Source of the DNA: Chitinivibrionales bacterium
GTDB lineage: Bacteria > Fibrobacterota > Chitinivibrionia > Chitinivibrionales > WJKA01
Length of the DNA: 64,000 nucleotides
NCBI GenBank assembly: GCA_038247415.1
Contig: JBBRUX010000002.1
Span: 64,001 to 128,000 of the forward strand
Direction of reading: 5' to 3'
Part shown: in pieces, positions 9,857 to 20,261 of the stretch
Layout: each line of letters starts with the position of its first letter
Numbering within the stretch: position 1 is the first letter of the stretch
Program-made: the position numbers and the translations under genes
Notes under the pieces: generated by a model
What the model was told of the DNA's origin: nothing
The model's database searches: none
What the model saw: the letters and a program-made list of their open reading frames with translations, nothing else

Positions 9857-10645
9857 TCAACTCTTTCGTTTAAAAACAAATTGATTACAACCCGTCGGAA
9901 CTGTTGCTTCAATAACCCTGATACATTCAAAATTGGCTTTTTTAAAAACAGCTTTACATTCATCGACAGTCATATATTCATACGGATACCCACCAACCCA
10001 ATCGACAACATCAAAATAAAAATCCATCCCGCGTGATTGCTTAAAAGGATCCTGTCGGGTAACAATAGCTTTTGCAATCATAATAACGGGGTATAAAAGT
10101 GCTACCAAAAACTTTTGTATACATTTTGGGCTTTTGCAATACGTCCATTTGATAATTCTCCATATCCAGCTTGTCCAGTGCGTATTATACAATGCAAGAA
10201 CACAATATCCTTCTTGTGTTACCAGAGACATTGCTGTCTCCAGCGCTTTTTTTAAATTTCCAGTATGATGCAGCACACCCCACGAATGCACAATATCAAA
10301 GCCCCGTTCATCGGGAGATTCTTTACGTACCAAATCGCACACCGAAGTATCTAAAATCGATCCCATACAAATGCGAATATCGGTCGTTGTTTTTAGAGCC
10401 TTAGCTGTTAATGCCAAAGCGTCTCTGCACGTTGGGTTAATATCATTTCCTACTACCTTAGCGCCATAATAACGCGCCAATAAAATACTAAGACCTTGAC
10501 CAAACCCTATGTCTAAAAATGTTTTACCCTTGAGAGGAACACCATCCAACAAATGCATAAAATCAGCTTTAGCCTGATCTATTTTAACCGATGTTAATGC
10601 TTCACGCGAAAAGGCTTTCCAGTTTTTTCCAAAATCAAATTGCAT
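9857..10645 (-). CDS. Class I SAM-dependent methyltransferase
   Basis: FDFGKNW, FLDIGFGQG, FDIVHSWGVLHHTG and DWVGGYPYEY motifs. Confidence 0.88.
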   Translation of the reverse strand: MQFDFGKNWKAFSREALTSVKIDQAKADFMHLLDGVPLKGKTFLDIGFGQGLSILLARYYGAKVVGNDINPTCRDALALTAKALKTTTDIRICMGSILDTSVCDLVRKESPDERGFDIVHSWGVLHHTGNLKKALETAMSLVTQEGYCVLALYNTHWTSWIWRIIKWTYCKSPKCIQKFLVALLYPVIMIAKAIVTRQDPFKQSRGMDFYFDVVDWVGGYPYEYMTVDECKAVFKKANFECIRVIEATVPTGCNQFVFKRKS

Positions 10646-10669
10646 GGTATCCTGTATCCTTTACGTACT

Positions 10670-11797
10670 TTAAGAAATTATGCGCTTTGCAGATGCGCTC
10701 CACGAAAACTCGGTTTCTGCAATACTTCGGGATTGTTTTCCCATTGTTTGCCAATCTGCATCAAACCACATATACCGAAACGCTTCTTGAAGCGCACTAG
10801 AATTAAGTAGTTCACTATATATTCCATTGACATTTTGAGTACACACTTCATTATTTCCAGAAACGTTACTAGTAATAAGCGGTAACCCACACGCCATGGC
10901 TTCGAGCATCGTGTTAGACATCCCTTCTTCTGAGGAGGGATTCACAAAACAAAAAGCTTGCTGATATAACTGTTTTAAAGTTTCCTTATCCTGCCATCCC
11001 ATAATCTTTACATACTGTTCTTGCGGGTCCAAAGCACGTGCTTCGTGCTGCAATTTTTTACCAAGAGGGCCATCGCCCACAAAAAGCATAAGTGCCTCTG
11101 CAGAGTTGTTCTTAGTAAAATGCATAAATGCGTTTAAAATTGCGCTGCAGTTTTTTTGAGGAACAAATCTTCCCACAAAGAGAAATGTTTTTTTGAAGCG
11201 CGAAATACTAGAGGGCATAAAAAATTGAGTGTCTACACCATTAGGAATTTTTTCCACTAAAACATTGTGTTGCGTAGCTGTTTTTTGAGCAAGATCTTTT
11301 AAACCAGTACTATTCGCAATAACACGACTCGCCTTTTTCCATATATATTTTGTAATTGGCGCAGTAAGCGTATGATACAGGTGTAATTCTTTGTTTAAAA
11401 ATCCTGGAACATCGCCACCACGTAAGAGAATGATATACGGTATTTTTCTGCAAACCTTCAACATACTGGCCACAATACCTGTAGGAAGTGCAAAAAAGGA
11501 AATGCACTGATCATACGATTCTCGTTTTTTTTGTATGTAAATGTATGCAAATGCGCAAAGCACATATTTTAACATTTCAAACAAGGTAGAAGATTCTTTG
11601 CGTTTACGACCTAGTGACAGCCTATAAATAATTTCACCATGTAAACCTTTTTCTTTGCAAGGATATCCTTTAAACCCTGTGGTAATTATCGATACCGTAT
11701 GACCTGCTTTCGCCCATTCTCGTGCCAAAAAGTACGTAGCATTACCAGCCCCGCCCCCCAAAGGAGGATATTCATAATTGAGAACCAATAAATTCAT
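10670..11797 (-). CDS. Glycosyltransferase family 4
   Basis: YEYPPLGGGAG, IPNGVD, FVGRF..QKN and EGMSNTMLEAMACGLP. Confidence 0.92.
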   Translation of the reverse strand: MNLLVLNYEYPPLGGGAGNATYFLAREWAKAGHTVSIITTGFKGYPCKEKGLHGEIIYRLSLGRKRKESSTLFEMLKYVLCAFAYIYIQKKRESYDQCISFFALPTGIVASMLKVCRKIPYIILLRGGDVPGFLNKELHLYHTLTAPITKYIWKKASRVIANSTGLKDLAQKTATQHNVLVEKIPNGVDTQFFMPSSISRFKKTFLFVGRFVPQKNCSAILNAFMHFTKNNSAEALMLFVGDGPLGKKLQHEARALDPQEQYVKIMGWQDKETLKQLYQQAFCFVNPSSEEGMSNTMLEAMACGLPLITSNVSGNNEVCTQNVNGIYSELLNSSALQEAFRYMWFDADWQTMGKQSRSIAETEFSWSASAKRIIS

Positions 11798-11986
11798 AGC
11801 ATACTTTTTAAGAAAAGATTTTTTAAAGGGCCACAGCTCGTCGTAACTCTAATAAATTCATTCTATAATAGCGCAATAAATTCTGCACGATAAATTTAAG
11901 TCCCTGCTTTTTGGGCAATGATTAAATAACAGTCAAATGTGCAGCAATGTATTTTTGATTCTCACCTGGGACTAAGGAGCAATGGT

Positions 11987-13420
11987 ATGGAACTCGAATC
12001 ACTTCATGAAGAATGCGGTGTATTTGGCGTATATAATAACCCCGACGCTGCTCGTTTAACCTATCTCGGGTTATATGCGCTTCAACATCGTGGACAAGAA
12101 AGCTCGGGGATCGTTGTATCCGATGGTTCTAACCTTACCCGCCATGTTGGTATGGGGCTTGTTAATCAAGTATTTAGGCACAAAGAAATCTTTCATAAAT
12201 TGCCTGGTATGCATGCCATTGGACACAATCGGTATTCTACCACCGGTTCTTCTACTATTGCAAACGCCCAACCAATTCTTATCGATTTTAAAGCAGGTCA
12301 ATTAGCAGGCGGCCATAACGGCAATCTTATTAATGCCGCTAGCCTTCGTAAAAAAATGGAATACGATGGTTCTATTTTTGTTTCAACAACCGATTCTGAA
12401 GTTATAATGCATTTAATTGCTCGTTCACGTCACGAATTAATAGATTCGATGATTCTCGATGCCCTATCCCGCGTAAAAGGTGCCTTTTCTATAGTTTTTC
12501 TCTCTAAGGATTGTTTGTATGGTGCACGTGATCCCCGTGGTGTAAGACCATTATTACTCGGAAAATTAAAAGATAGCTATTTTCTTTCCTCCGAAACATG
12601 TGCATTTGATCTTGTGGGTGCAGAAACTATTCGTGAAATTGAACCCGGAGAAATGGTTCGCATTAAGGATGGACAAGTACAAAGTTTTACCATTCCTGTT
12701 TTTGAAAAAGTAGAACGACCAGCGCATTGCGTTTTTGAATTCGTTTATTTTTCTCGCCCCGATAGCTTTGTTTTTGGTGCCAATGTCGACAAAGTTCGTA
12801 GACGCTTGGGGCGCCAACTTGCTAAAGAACATCCGGTTCCCGATGCTGATCTTGTTATGGGTGTACCCGATTCTGCAACAACCGCCGCTTTGGGCTTTGC
12901 ACAGGAATCTGGCGTGCGATTTGATATAGGTCTTATACGCAATCATTATGTTGGAAGAACCTTTATTCAACCTGCTCAGTCCGGACGCGATTTTGGCGTT
13001 AGAGTAAAATTTAATCCTGTCAAGGGTGTTCTTAAAGGTAAAAAAATTATTTTGGTCGACGACTCAATTGTGCGTGGCACCACAATGCGCAAAATTGTAC
13101 GCCTTATAAAAACAGCCGAGCCTGCAGAAATTCATTTACGTATTTCGTCGCCTCCTATTCTGTGTCCTTGCTTTTATGGAATCGATATGCCCACTAAAGA
13201 TGAGCTTGTAGCCTCGGCAAATACCACAGAACAAATTCGTCAATATCTCGAAGTCGATTCTCTAGGGTATCTCTCAATCGAGGGAATGCTTTCGGTTGTT
13301 CCACAACCAGCAGAGAATTACTGTGCAGCATGCTTCAATGGCAAATATCCTATGGATCCCGGAGACGAGCCAAAAGCCGAAATTGTTAAAAAAAATCCAA
13401 TTGAGGTAGAACTTTTTTAA
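11987..13420 (+). CDS. purF: Amidophosphoribosyltransferase
   Basis: EECGVFG, LQHRGQES, GHNRYST and VDDSIVRGTT; AAGGAG SD before ATG 11987. Confidence 0.97.
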   Translation: MELESLHEECGVFGVYNNPDAARLTYLGLYALQHRGQESSGIVVSDGSNLTRHVGMGLVNQVFRHKEIFHKLPGMHAIGHNRYSTTGSSTIANAQPILIDFKAGQLAGGHNGNLINAASLRKKMEYDGSIFVSTTDSEVIMHLIARSRHELIDSMILDALSRVKGAFSIVFLSKDCLYGARDPRGVRPLLLGKLKDSYFLSSETCAFDLVGAETIREIEPGEMVRIKDGQVQSFTIPVFEKVERPAHCVFEFVYFSRPDSFVFGANVDKVRRRLGRQLAKEHPVPDADLVMGVPDSATTAALGFAQESGVRFDIGLIRNHYVGRTFIQPAQSGRDFGVRVKFNPVKGVLKGKKIILVDDSIVRGTTMRKIVRLIKTAEPAEIHLRISSPPILCPCFYGIDMPTKDELVASANTTEQIRQYLEVDSLGYLSIEGMLSVVPQPAENYCAACFNGKYPMDPGDEPKAEIVKKNPIEVELF

Positions 13421-13438
13421 ATAGCTGTGCGCAGTGCT

Positions 13439-14236
13439 ATGAACATTACTTTTCTAGGAACTGGTACATCGCACGGCGTTCCCACCATCGATTGTACGAT
13501 TGCCTCAAAACGTCACCACGCAGCCTGCGTTTGTGCAAAAGCACATTCGAATCCTCGCTATAAACGCACTCGCTGTTCTCTTTTAATTTCTTTAGATTCA
13601 CATACGATACTTATCGACGTATCCCTAGATTTTAGAGAACAAATGCTAGCGCATACGGTTCGATCCATTGATACGGTACTCATAACACATGCACATGCAG
13701 ATCATATTGGGGGCATGCCCGATATACGCTCGTATACTCACGATGCCACACATCCTCTCCCCGTTTATGGTTCATTCGAAACCCTCACGCGCGTTAAGGA
13801 AACCTTTGGATATATTTTCGATCCCGCAACCTTTGTTGGAGGCGGTATTCCTTATTTGTCACTTAATCCTATACATGCACCTTTTTTAATAAACTCATTC
13901 AAAATTACACCAATTCCCGTAACTCACGGAAATTTATTAGGCTGCTATGGCTTTCGCATCAATGGTCTTGTGTATATCCCCGACCTTAAATCCATGACCG
14001 AAGAATCCTATCTACTTTGTAAAGGTGCAGATGTTCTCATTATAAATTGTATGCGCATAGAGCGTGAGCATGTTTCACATTTAATTGTTTCCGAAAGCCT
14101 TGCGCTTGCTCGTAAAATTGGTGCCAAGCAAACGTTTTTTACGCACATGAGCCACGAGGTCGATTTTAGCATTCATTCTGCTCTGCTGGATCAATCTATG
14201 GCATTTGCATATGATGGTTTAACTTTTTCTTTATAA
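13439..14236 (+). CDS. MBL-fold metallo-hydrolase (PhnP-like)
   Basis: FLGTGTSHGVP, THAHADHIGG (HxHxDH), THMSH and AYDGL. Confidence 0.9.
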   Translation: MNITFLGTGTSHGVPTIDCTIASKRHHAACVCAKAHSNPRYKRTRCSLLISLDSHTILIDVSLDFREQMLAHTVRSIDTVLITHAHADHIGGMPDIRSYTHDATHPLPVYGSFETLTRVKETFGYIFDPATFVGGGIPYLSLNPIHAPFLINSFKITPIPVTHGNLLGCYGFRINGLVYIPDLKSMTEESYLLCKGADVLIINCMRIEREHVSHLIVSESLALARKIGAKQTFFTHMSHEVDFSIHSALLDQSMAFAYDGLTFSL

Positions 14237-14252
14237 TATATCTGGGAGTAGT

Positions 14253-14930
14253 ATGGAAAAATACAAAGAGGAATTTATCGAATTTATGGTGTCTGCAGGG
14301 GTTCTTACCTTTGGCGACTTTACAACAAAAAGCGGAAGAAAAACACCCTTTTTTATTAATACCGGTAATTATAAAACCGGTAAGCAGCTCTCCCTCTTGG
14401 GTGATTTTTACGCCGCAGCAATAGAGCATAATTTTCCAGAACCTCTCAATGCATTGTTTGGGCCTGCATATAAAGGAATTCCTTTGGCTACGGCTGCATC
14501 AATTTCTCTCTTTACAAAATTTAACAGAAACGTTGGGTCTTGTTTTAATCGTAAAGAAGCAAAAGATCATGGTGAAGGCGGTGTAATTGTGGGCTATAAA
14601 CCAACCGATAACGATCGTATTCTAATTATAGAAGATGTTACAACTGCAGGAACCTCCATTCGCGAAACAATTCCATTGCTTGCTAATTGTGGAAAAATTA
14701 CTATTGCAGGTCTTATTGTTTCGGTAGATCGTATGGAACGGGGAACGGGAATTAAAAGTGCCCTCACCGAAATTCAAAACTCGTTTGGCATTAAAACAGC
14801 CGCTATTGTAAACCTCGAAGAAATTGTTTCACATCTTTATAATAAGCCAATCAATGGCACTATTATTCTCACCGAAGAAATCTTTAGCCGTATTCTAGAC
14901 TATAAAAAACTATATGGTGCCCAAGTATGA
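14253..14930 (+). CDS. pyrE: Orotate phosphoribosyltransferase
   Basis: FGDFTTKSGR, GPAYKGIP, NRKEAKDHGEGG and IEDVTTAG. Confidence 0.97.
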   Translation: MEKYKEEFIEFMVSAGVLTFGDFTTKSGRKTPFFINTGNYKTGKQLSLLGDFYAAAIEHNFPEPLNALFGPAYKGIPLATAASISLFTKFNRNVGSCFNRKEAKDHGEGGVIVGYKPTDNDRILIIEDVTTAGTSIRETIPLLANCGKITIAGLIVSVDRMERGTGIKSALTEIQNSFGIKTAAIVNLEEIVSHLYNKPINGTIILTEEIFSRILDYKKLYGAQV

Positions 14931-15481
14931 AACGTGTAGACGAAAATCCACCCGATAGGTTTCCGCTACGGCCAATAGCAGAGCATGACAATCCCTGGTG
15001 GATCGCTAAAGTAAAGCCCCGCCAGGAAAAGGCGCTTGCTATCGATTTTATTGAAAAAAATGTCGAATACTATTTGCCTATGTTTACAAAAGTCACACGC
15101 CGTGCCGACAATAATAAGCCGCGCAAATCTGTTTTACCGCTCTTTCCAGGATATATTTGTTTTTGTGCTGAAAGAGGAACACAACGATCGATTTTTACAA
15201 CAGGAAGAGTAGTTTCAGTTCTTGAGGTTCGTCATCAAGCAAAACTAATTCGGGAACTCGATCAGATATATCGTGGGTTTTTAGCAGGATCGGAGCTTGA
15301 ACCACTCGATTATGGCATTCAGCCCGGCATGTCTGTTATGGTGCAATCGGGTTCTTTAAAAGGAATTACAGGAATTGTTTCACGTATCCATAATACCGAT
15401 AAACTTGTTTTGTCGGTGGAAGGGCTTGGATTAGCCGCCATGATTATAGATCTTGCTTTAGTAAAGCCAATACAAGTTTAA
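14927..15481 (+). CDS. Specialised NusG paralogue (UpxY/RfaH/LoaP-like antiterminator)
   Basis: NGN domain WWIAKVKPRQEK..YYLP..PLFPGY; KOW-like GSLKGITGIV. Confidence 0.85.
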   Translation: MKRVDENPPDRFPLRPIAEHDNPWWIAKVKPRQEKALAIDFIEKNVEYYLPMFTKVTRRADNNKPRKSVLPLFPGYICFCAERGTQRSIFTTGRVVSVLEVRHQAKLIRELDQIYRGFLAGSELEPLDYGIQPGMSVMVQSGSLKGITGIVSRIHNTDKLVLSVEGLGLAAMIIDLALVKPIQV

Positions 15482-15494
15482 GGTTTAATACCAA

Positions 15495-15580
15495 TCGGCC
15501 CAGAAGCCTTTGGCCCCTTGTCGATGGGTGCCCTTGCGTTTCGAGGTGCTCAACGATCGGCACAGGGGGTTTTCGGTCAA
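15495..15580. repeat. GC-rich palindromic REP-like element between convergent genes
   Basis: CCTTGTCGATG and TTCGAGGTGCTCAACGATC resemble the cores at 58.26-58.34 kb; flanked by GTGCC/GGCAC. Confidence 0.45.
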
Positions 15581-15587
15581 GCACTAT

Positions 15588-17840
15588 TTACTTAACATGA
15601 GCAATTTTTTGTGAAGCGAGAAGATTCCCCGATTTCGAGGTGATCGTTATAAAACTACACCCTCCTTCTGCTTTTTTTATTGCTGTATTTCCATCAAACA
15701 ATTGTAGTGTTGCTTGTGCAATGCATTGCCCTTTGCTTGTGTAAATGGCTATTTTATTGCCATCATGCCAGAGCGTTGCTGGCAGCAGCACCGCGCTTTT
15801 TCCTATTTCCAATTTACGCATCTGTGCTCTTTGAGTAGGAAGCATATGTGTAACGGGGCTTGTTTGAACTATAGAAAAAGCGACTGGAGACTGGTCATAA
15901 ATATCTGCATTTCCATACATGTAAACTTTAATCAGTGCGCTATTAGAGAGATACGATACATCTGATGGGATTATGAAAAAGGTATCTCTTTGCTCGGCAA
16001 CCTGCGCAAATGGAGCGCTAAATGGTTCTATCGAAAATGATTTGCCATTGTTTAGCGATAATGCAACTACCGCCGCTAAACCATTTCCATTAAGCAATTT
16101 CCAGCATACTTTTACCGTATCACCAAATGCATATTGGTTTGCTGTAATAGGATTAAGAAGCACTACCGATGGCCGGGCAATCCCGCTAAAGAGCACCGAC
16201 TTTGGTATACCTTTTTTAACAAATGCTGCCGATGAATACATAACATCGAGCTGTTCTGGACCCGTGGCATCAAAATATACTACTCTTATATCATGGTACC
16301 CGCTTGAGAGTCCTATCGAACCGCTTTTTTCTTGAAGCGTATGAATACCGTCATTATTAACAACAAGAGAATCATCGATATAGAGCATCGATCCTTCATC
16401 GGAATTAAGATAAAATTTATAATTATCATCAGCCGGAATAGAAATATATCCATTGAAACAAAAAGCGAAATAGTTTCCACCATTACGGCTCGAAATATCA
16501 AAAGAATCTATAGCACCAGAATCGAGTACCGTCGTGTTAGTATATTCTTTTGTTGTAGCATATTGGCCCTCATAATATGTATACGTTAATCCTTGTTGTA
16601 CATTTGTCACACTTGATGCTGGTTTCAATTTTCCAAAAATGTACCTTTTTTCGGATATATTTGATGAGAGCATTCCTTGCTTGAATCCCCGAGTTCGAAC
16701 GAGCGTTGATGCGACTATATTGAGTGGTTGCGTATAGAGTGCAGAAGTTGACAATGGGTCGGAGCCATCGAGTGTATATCGAATTGATGCTGCACTTGTC
16801 GTGCATGCAAGAGTCACCGAGAGCGTTCCTGTAAAAGCGGTAACATCGGGTGAAATTTTTGGCAGATCAACATTTCCGTGTACCGTTTTTCCAACCCACA
16901 AATCTGGCCAATACATACTATCGCCTAAAAAGATATTTTCTTTTGTGGATACTTTTCTAATCCATGCATAAGCCACCGTTGTTCCACCCGTTGTTGGTAC
17001 GGTTACTATCCTATCTCCATTATGCACAAGAAATTGTGTTGTATTAGACCATCGCATTCCGCACATGCCCGAGTTATTGACAGGCGCGATTTTATCGAGT
17101 TGTGTTAGATTAAAATCCATTATTGGTGCTGGTTGTGTGTGGCTTCCATAATTAAAAATTACCACGCCGGTGCTATCAGGTCTCAATCGCACCGTACACC
17201 CATCTCCTGATCGTGGAACGAGATCACGAACCACGCCCGTAGCAAGATTCTTTACACAAGGACGATGATACCCTCCTGTGGCGGTATTTCCCCCGATATC
17301 AACATACCCAAGATAATTTCCACATTTTTCTACTGAGGCATAGCCTTTTTGCACAGGAGTTGAAATAAGGGTTGTTGTTAGCCCCGCCGAATTATCTGCA
17401 TGAATTTGCGTTTTTACAATTGTTGCATATGTACTATATACCACGGCACTATCGCCATCCCAACTGTGTGCTATAAGATCCCAATTAATAGATCCTTGCC
17501 AAATCACCTTTTGAGCCGATCCATCGGCATTCATTACAATAAGCTGCTGATTATTTTGTACCGCAATTCGGGTTCCATCGGGAGAAAATTTATACGAGGC
17601 AATTAAGCCCCACTGGGTGTTTGCAAGTGCGAATGCAGCAAGAGCTATTTTAAGTCCAGTTTCAAGGTCTAGCACCCAAACTTTATTTGCATTACCGTAT
17701 ACAACCTTGCCGCCTTGATTTTCAGAAAGGAAAGACCACGCACTTACAATTTGGGATGGTGTTTGAGCGGAAAGCATTACACTGAAGGATAAAAGAGAGA
17801 TCAAAGCCAACTTATTTAAGCGCTTAAACTCAGCCACCAT
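15588..17840 (-). CDS. Secreted multidomain protein: TolB-like propeller, FN3-associated/chitobiase-C repeat, PA14 domain, T9SS-like C-terminal domain
   Basis: Signal peptide; FSPDGTRIA; IRYTLDGSDP; FYLNSDEGS..NNDGIH; terminal IYTSKGQCI segment; GGAGGA SD before ATG 17840. Confidence 0.75.
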   Translation of the reverse strand: MVAEFKRLNKLALISLLSFSVMLSAQTPSQIVSAWSFLSENQGGKVVYGNANKVWVLDLETGLKIALAAFALANTQWGLIASYKFSPDGTRIAVQNNQQLIVMNADGSAQKVIWQGSINWDLIAHSWDGDSAVVYSTYATIVKTQIHADNSAGLTTTLISTPVQKGYASVEKCGNYLGYVDIGGNTATGGYHRPCVKNLATGVVRDLVPRSGDGCTVRLRPDSTGVVIFNYGSHTQPAPIMDFNLTQLDKIAPVNNSGMCGMRWSNTTQFLVHNGDRIVTVPTTGGTTVAYAWIRKVSTKENIFLGDSMYWPDLWVGKTVHGNVDLPKISPDVTAFTGTLSVTLACTTSAASIRYTLDGSDPLSTSALYTQPLNIVASTLVRTRGFKQGMLSSNISEKRYIFGKLKPASSVTNVQQGLTYTYYEGQYATTKEYTNTTVLDSGAIDSFDISSRNGGNYFAFCFNGYISIPADDNYKFYLNSDEGSMLYIDDSLVVNNDGIHTLQEKSGSIGLSSGYHDIRVVYFDATGPEQLDVMYSSAAFVKKGIPKSVLFSGIARPSVVLLNPITANQYAFGDTVKVCWKLLNGNGLAAVVALSLNNGKSFSIEPFSAPFAQVAEQRDTFFIIPSDVSYLSNSALIKVYMYGNADIYDQSPVAFSIVQTSPVTHMLPTQRAQMRKLEIGKSAVLLPATLWHDGNKIAIYTSKGQCIAQATLQLFDGNTAIKKAEGGCSFITITSKSGNLLASQKIAHVK

Positions 17841-18140
17841 CTTAATCCTCCATACCATTGCAGCAAAAATGAGGTATCGTCCGAAAGCGTTATTCTGTAA
17901 TAGAAGCCCTGTTTCGTCATGCGCCGCGCATTTTTGAGCCATTTTTCAGATATTCTGGTAATTCCCTTGAGTAGTTCGTGAATCCGCTTGCGCAGCTCGC
18001 CGGGCTATCCAAAGAAGAAATGCCTGAAATTGGTCGATTGGTCAAAAACACACGTTTGTTCGCATGAGAAACAGAGCCATTATTAATATAACAACAATTT
18101 CATGTTTTTCGTAGTGTTTTTATCAAAATTGAAATTTTAT

Positions 18141-18488
18141 TTAGCTTTCTTTAGATCGGGCTGCCATGGTGCAATTTCCGCTAAAATATGCGCCTTCACT
18201 AATAATGAGTTCTTTGGCTTTCAAATCTCCCTCAAGAGATGCATGTGATTCAAGTTCAACGCGATCTTCTACACTTAAATTGCCAACAATTCTCCCACCA
18301 ACCATAGCGCTCTTAGCGGTAATCTCGGCCTCAACATACCCTGTTGCCCCAATGGTTAGCATTTCCACTGTTTTAAGTATGCCTTTAAGCGTTCCATCGA
18401 TACGAATAGGGTGGGGTACTGCGATAGTACCTTCAATCACGGTTCCTTCACCAATGAGAGTATATGCGCCTTTGCCGTGCTTATCCAT
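18141..18488 (-). CDS. Bactofilin (polymer-forming cytoskeletal protein)
   Basis: TLIGEGTVIEG..RIDG..EGA.F.G.C beta-helix pattern. Confidence 0.92.
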   Translation of the reverse strand: MDKHGKGAYTLIGEGTVIEGTIAVPHPIRIDGTLKGILKTVEMLTIGATGYVEAEITAKSAMVGGRIVGNLSVEDRVELESHASLEGDLKAKELIISEGAYFSGNCTMAARSKES

Positions 18489-18500
18489 AAGAGCCTCCGG

Positions 18501-19349
18501 TTATTCTTTAGATCCTACAAGTATATATATCATTGGATCAACATTTTTACCATCTTTTACTACTTCATAATGAACATGTGGTGCTGTGGATCGCCCTGAG
18601 TTTCCACACAGTGCAATTGTTTGCCCACGTTTGATGTCGTCGCCTTTTTTAACAAGAATTTGCGAACAATGACCATATCGAGTGACAAAACCAAATTTAT
18701 GCTTAATAATCACAAGCATTCCCAAAAATTGATCATTGACAACATCCAACACATATCCCGGTGCAGTTGCCCGAATAGGCGTTCCAATAGAAGCTGCAAT
18801 ATCAATACCACAATGCGTTTCGTCAGATGCTTTATTAGATATCTGGAATAATCGAGTTGTCCATCCGTCAATTGGTCGAATATTGGGGGTTGTTGCCCAA
18901 TAAGAATTAAATGATTCGTCTTGATGTGCCGAAACCGTTTTTGTGTTTTGTTTGGATCCTTGCACCGGCTGTTGAGCATTTTCGGCAAGGGTATCGCTGA
19001 TATTGGCTGCAATTACTGCAGGTTTATACATTGCGCGGGGATTTGTTTCGGTAGCAATTTTTTCCAGATAGCGCGAGAGCTCTTCAAGTTTCGTACTATT
19101 TTGAAGCCCTGCAATAAGTCGGGCTTTTTCCTGCGTTAATCGCTCTTTATCTTTTCGTAAAGCATCAACGAGTTGCAGGCGTAATCCAATATGGCCAAAA
19201 TAAAGGACAAAAACAACAACAGCAAGTGATACTGACGCAGCAAATAAAATAAGTGTATGAATAATATTCTTATGTAATCGTATCGAGAACGGCTTAGAAT
19301 TGTCGTCCGATACGAACATAATCGTATAATATCGTTTCACTCGACGCAT
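18501..19349 (-). CDS. M23 family metallopeptidase
   Basis: N-terminal TM and coiled coil; HCGID (HxxxD), YGHC and GRSTAPHVHYEV. Confidence 0.92.
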   Translation of the reverse strand: MRRVKRYYTIMFVSDDNSKPFSIRLHKNIIHTLILFAASVSLAVVVFVLYFGHIGLRLQLVDALRKDKERLTQEKARLIAGLQNSTKLEELSRYLEKIATETNPRAMYKPAVIAANISDTLAENAQQPVQGSKQNTKTVSAHQDESFNSYWATTPNIRPIDGWTTRLFQISNKASDETHCGIDIAASIGTPIRATAPGYVLDVVNDQFLGMLVIIKHKFGFVTRYGHCSQILVKKGDDIKRGQTIALCGNSGRSTAPHVHYEVVKDGKNVDPMIYILVGSKE

Positions 19350-19367
19350 AAAAGCCTTTTTATTACC

Positions 19368-20261
19368 TTATCGAGATATATGATTCATAAGCAGATCGTA
19401 TATGCGATTAAAATCATCTTTACTGAAATAATTAATTTCTATTTTTCCTTTATCTTTTGCTGCTGGCTTAATTACAATAGGGGAACCAAATCGATATTGC
19501 AATTGCTCAATAACTGCGGCTAAATCTGGGTCTCGTGGTGCAATTGTTTCATGAGCTTTTTTATGGGATTCTTTTGGCTTTTTATCTTTACCTACCGTTG
19601 CCAAAGCTTCTACATCGCGCACGGTTAAACCATCTGCAATAATGCGCTCTGCGAGAGCTAATTGTTTTTGTTCATCGTCAAGCGCCACAAGGCTTCGTGC
19701 ATGCCCCGCGGTAAGCTTGTTTTGAGAAAGCATATCTTGAATTACCTGCGGTAATTTTAATAAGCGCAAAGCATTAGTAATAACACTTCGACTTTTGCCA
19801 ACTCTTAAAGAAAGCTCTTCGTGAGACAATCCACATTCAAGCAAAAGCTTTTGATACGCATACGCCTTTTCAAGCTCATTGAGGTCTTCGCGCTGGATAT
19901 TTTCTACAAGCGCCATCTCCATCATTTCACGATCGGTAATAGATGGTTTCACAATGGCAGGAACTTGATCATTACCTAAAAAGCCCATTGCCCGAAACCG
20001 TCGTTCACCCGATATTATTTCATATCCATCGTGCTTTTTACGTAGAACTATTGGCTGTAATAATCCTTGATTTTTAATACTTTCTGCAAGACCATGAATT
20101 TCTTCTTCGTTAAAAACAGTTCGAGGCTGAAATGGGTTAGGCCGAATTGCATTGATATCAACAAAGACTACTTCGTTGCCACTGCCCAATTCTTCGGTAT
20201 CTTGTGGAATTAAATTTGTAAGGCCACGCCCGAGAGCGCGACGAGCTAAGGGCTTAGCCAT
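19368..20261 (-). CDS. parB: Chromosome partitioning protein ParB
   Basis: LGRGL..LI, NPFQPR, GERRFRA and ENIQREDL. Confidence 0.96.
   Translation of the reverse strand: MAKPLARRALGRGLTNLIPQDTEELGSGNEVVFVDINAIRPNPFQPRTVFNEEEIHGLAESIKNQGLLQPIVLRKKHDGYEIISGERRFRAMGFLGNDQVPAIVKPSITDREMMEMALVENIQREDLNELEKAYAYQKLLLECGLSHEELSLRVGKSRSVITNALRLLKLPQVIQDMLSQNKLTAGHARSLVALDDEQKQLALAERIIADGLTVRDVEALATVGKDKKPKESHKKAHETIAPRDPDLAAVIEQLQYRFGSPIVIKPAAKDKGKIEINYFSKDDFNRIYDLLMNHISR

Noticed and set aside
17825..18010. Protein-like open stretch upstream of the PA14 gene (GELRKRIHELLKG...YYRITLSD...)
   Set aside because: Preceded by an in-frame TAG with no usable start or SD; cannot be supported without homology
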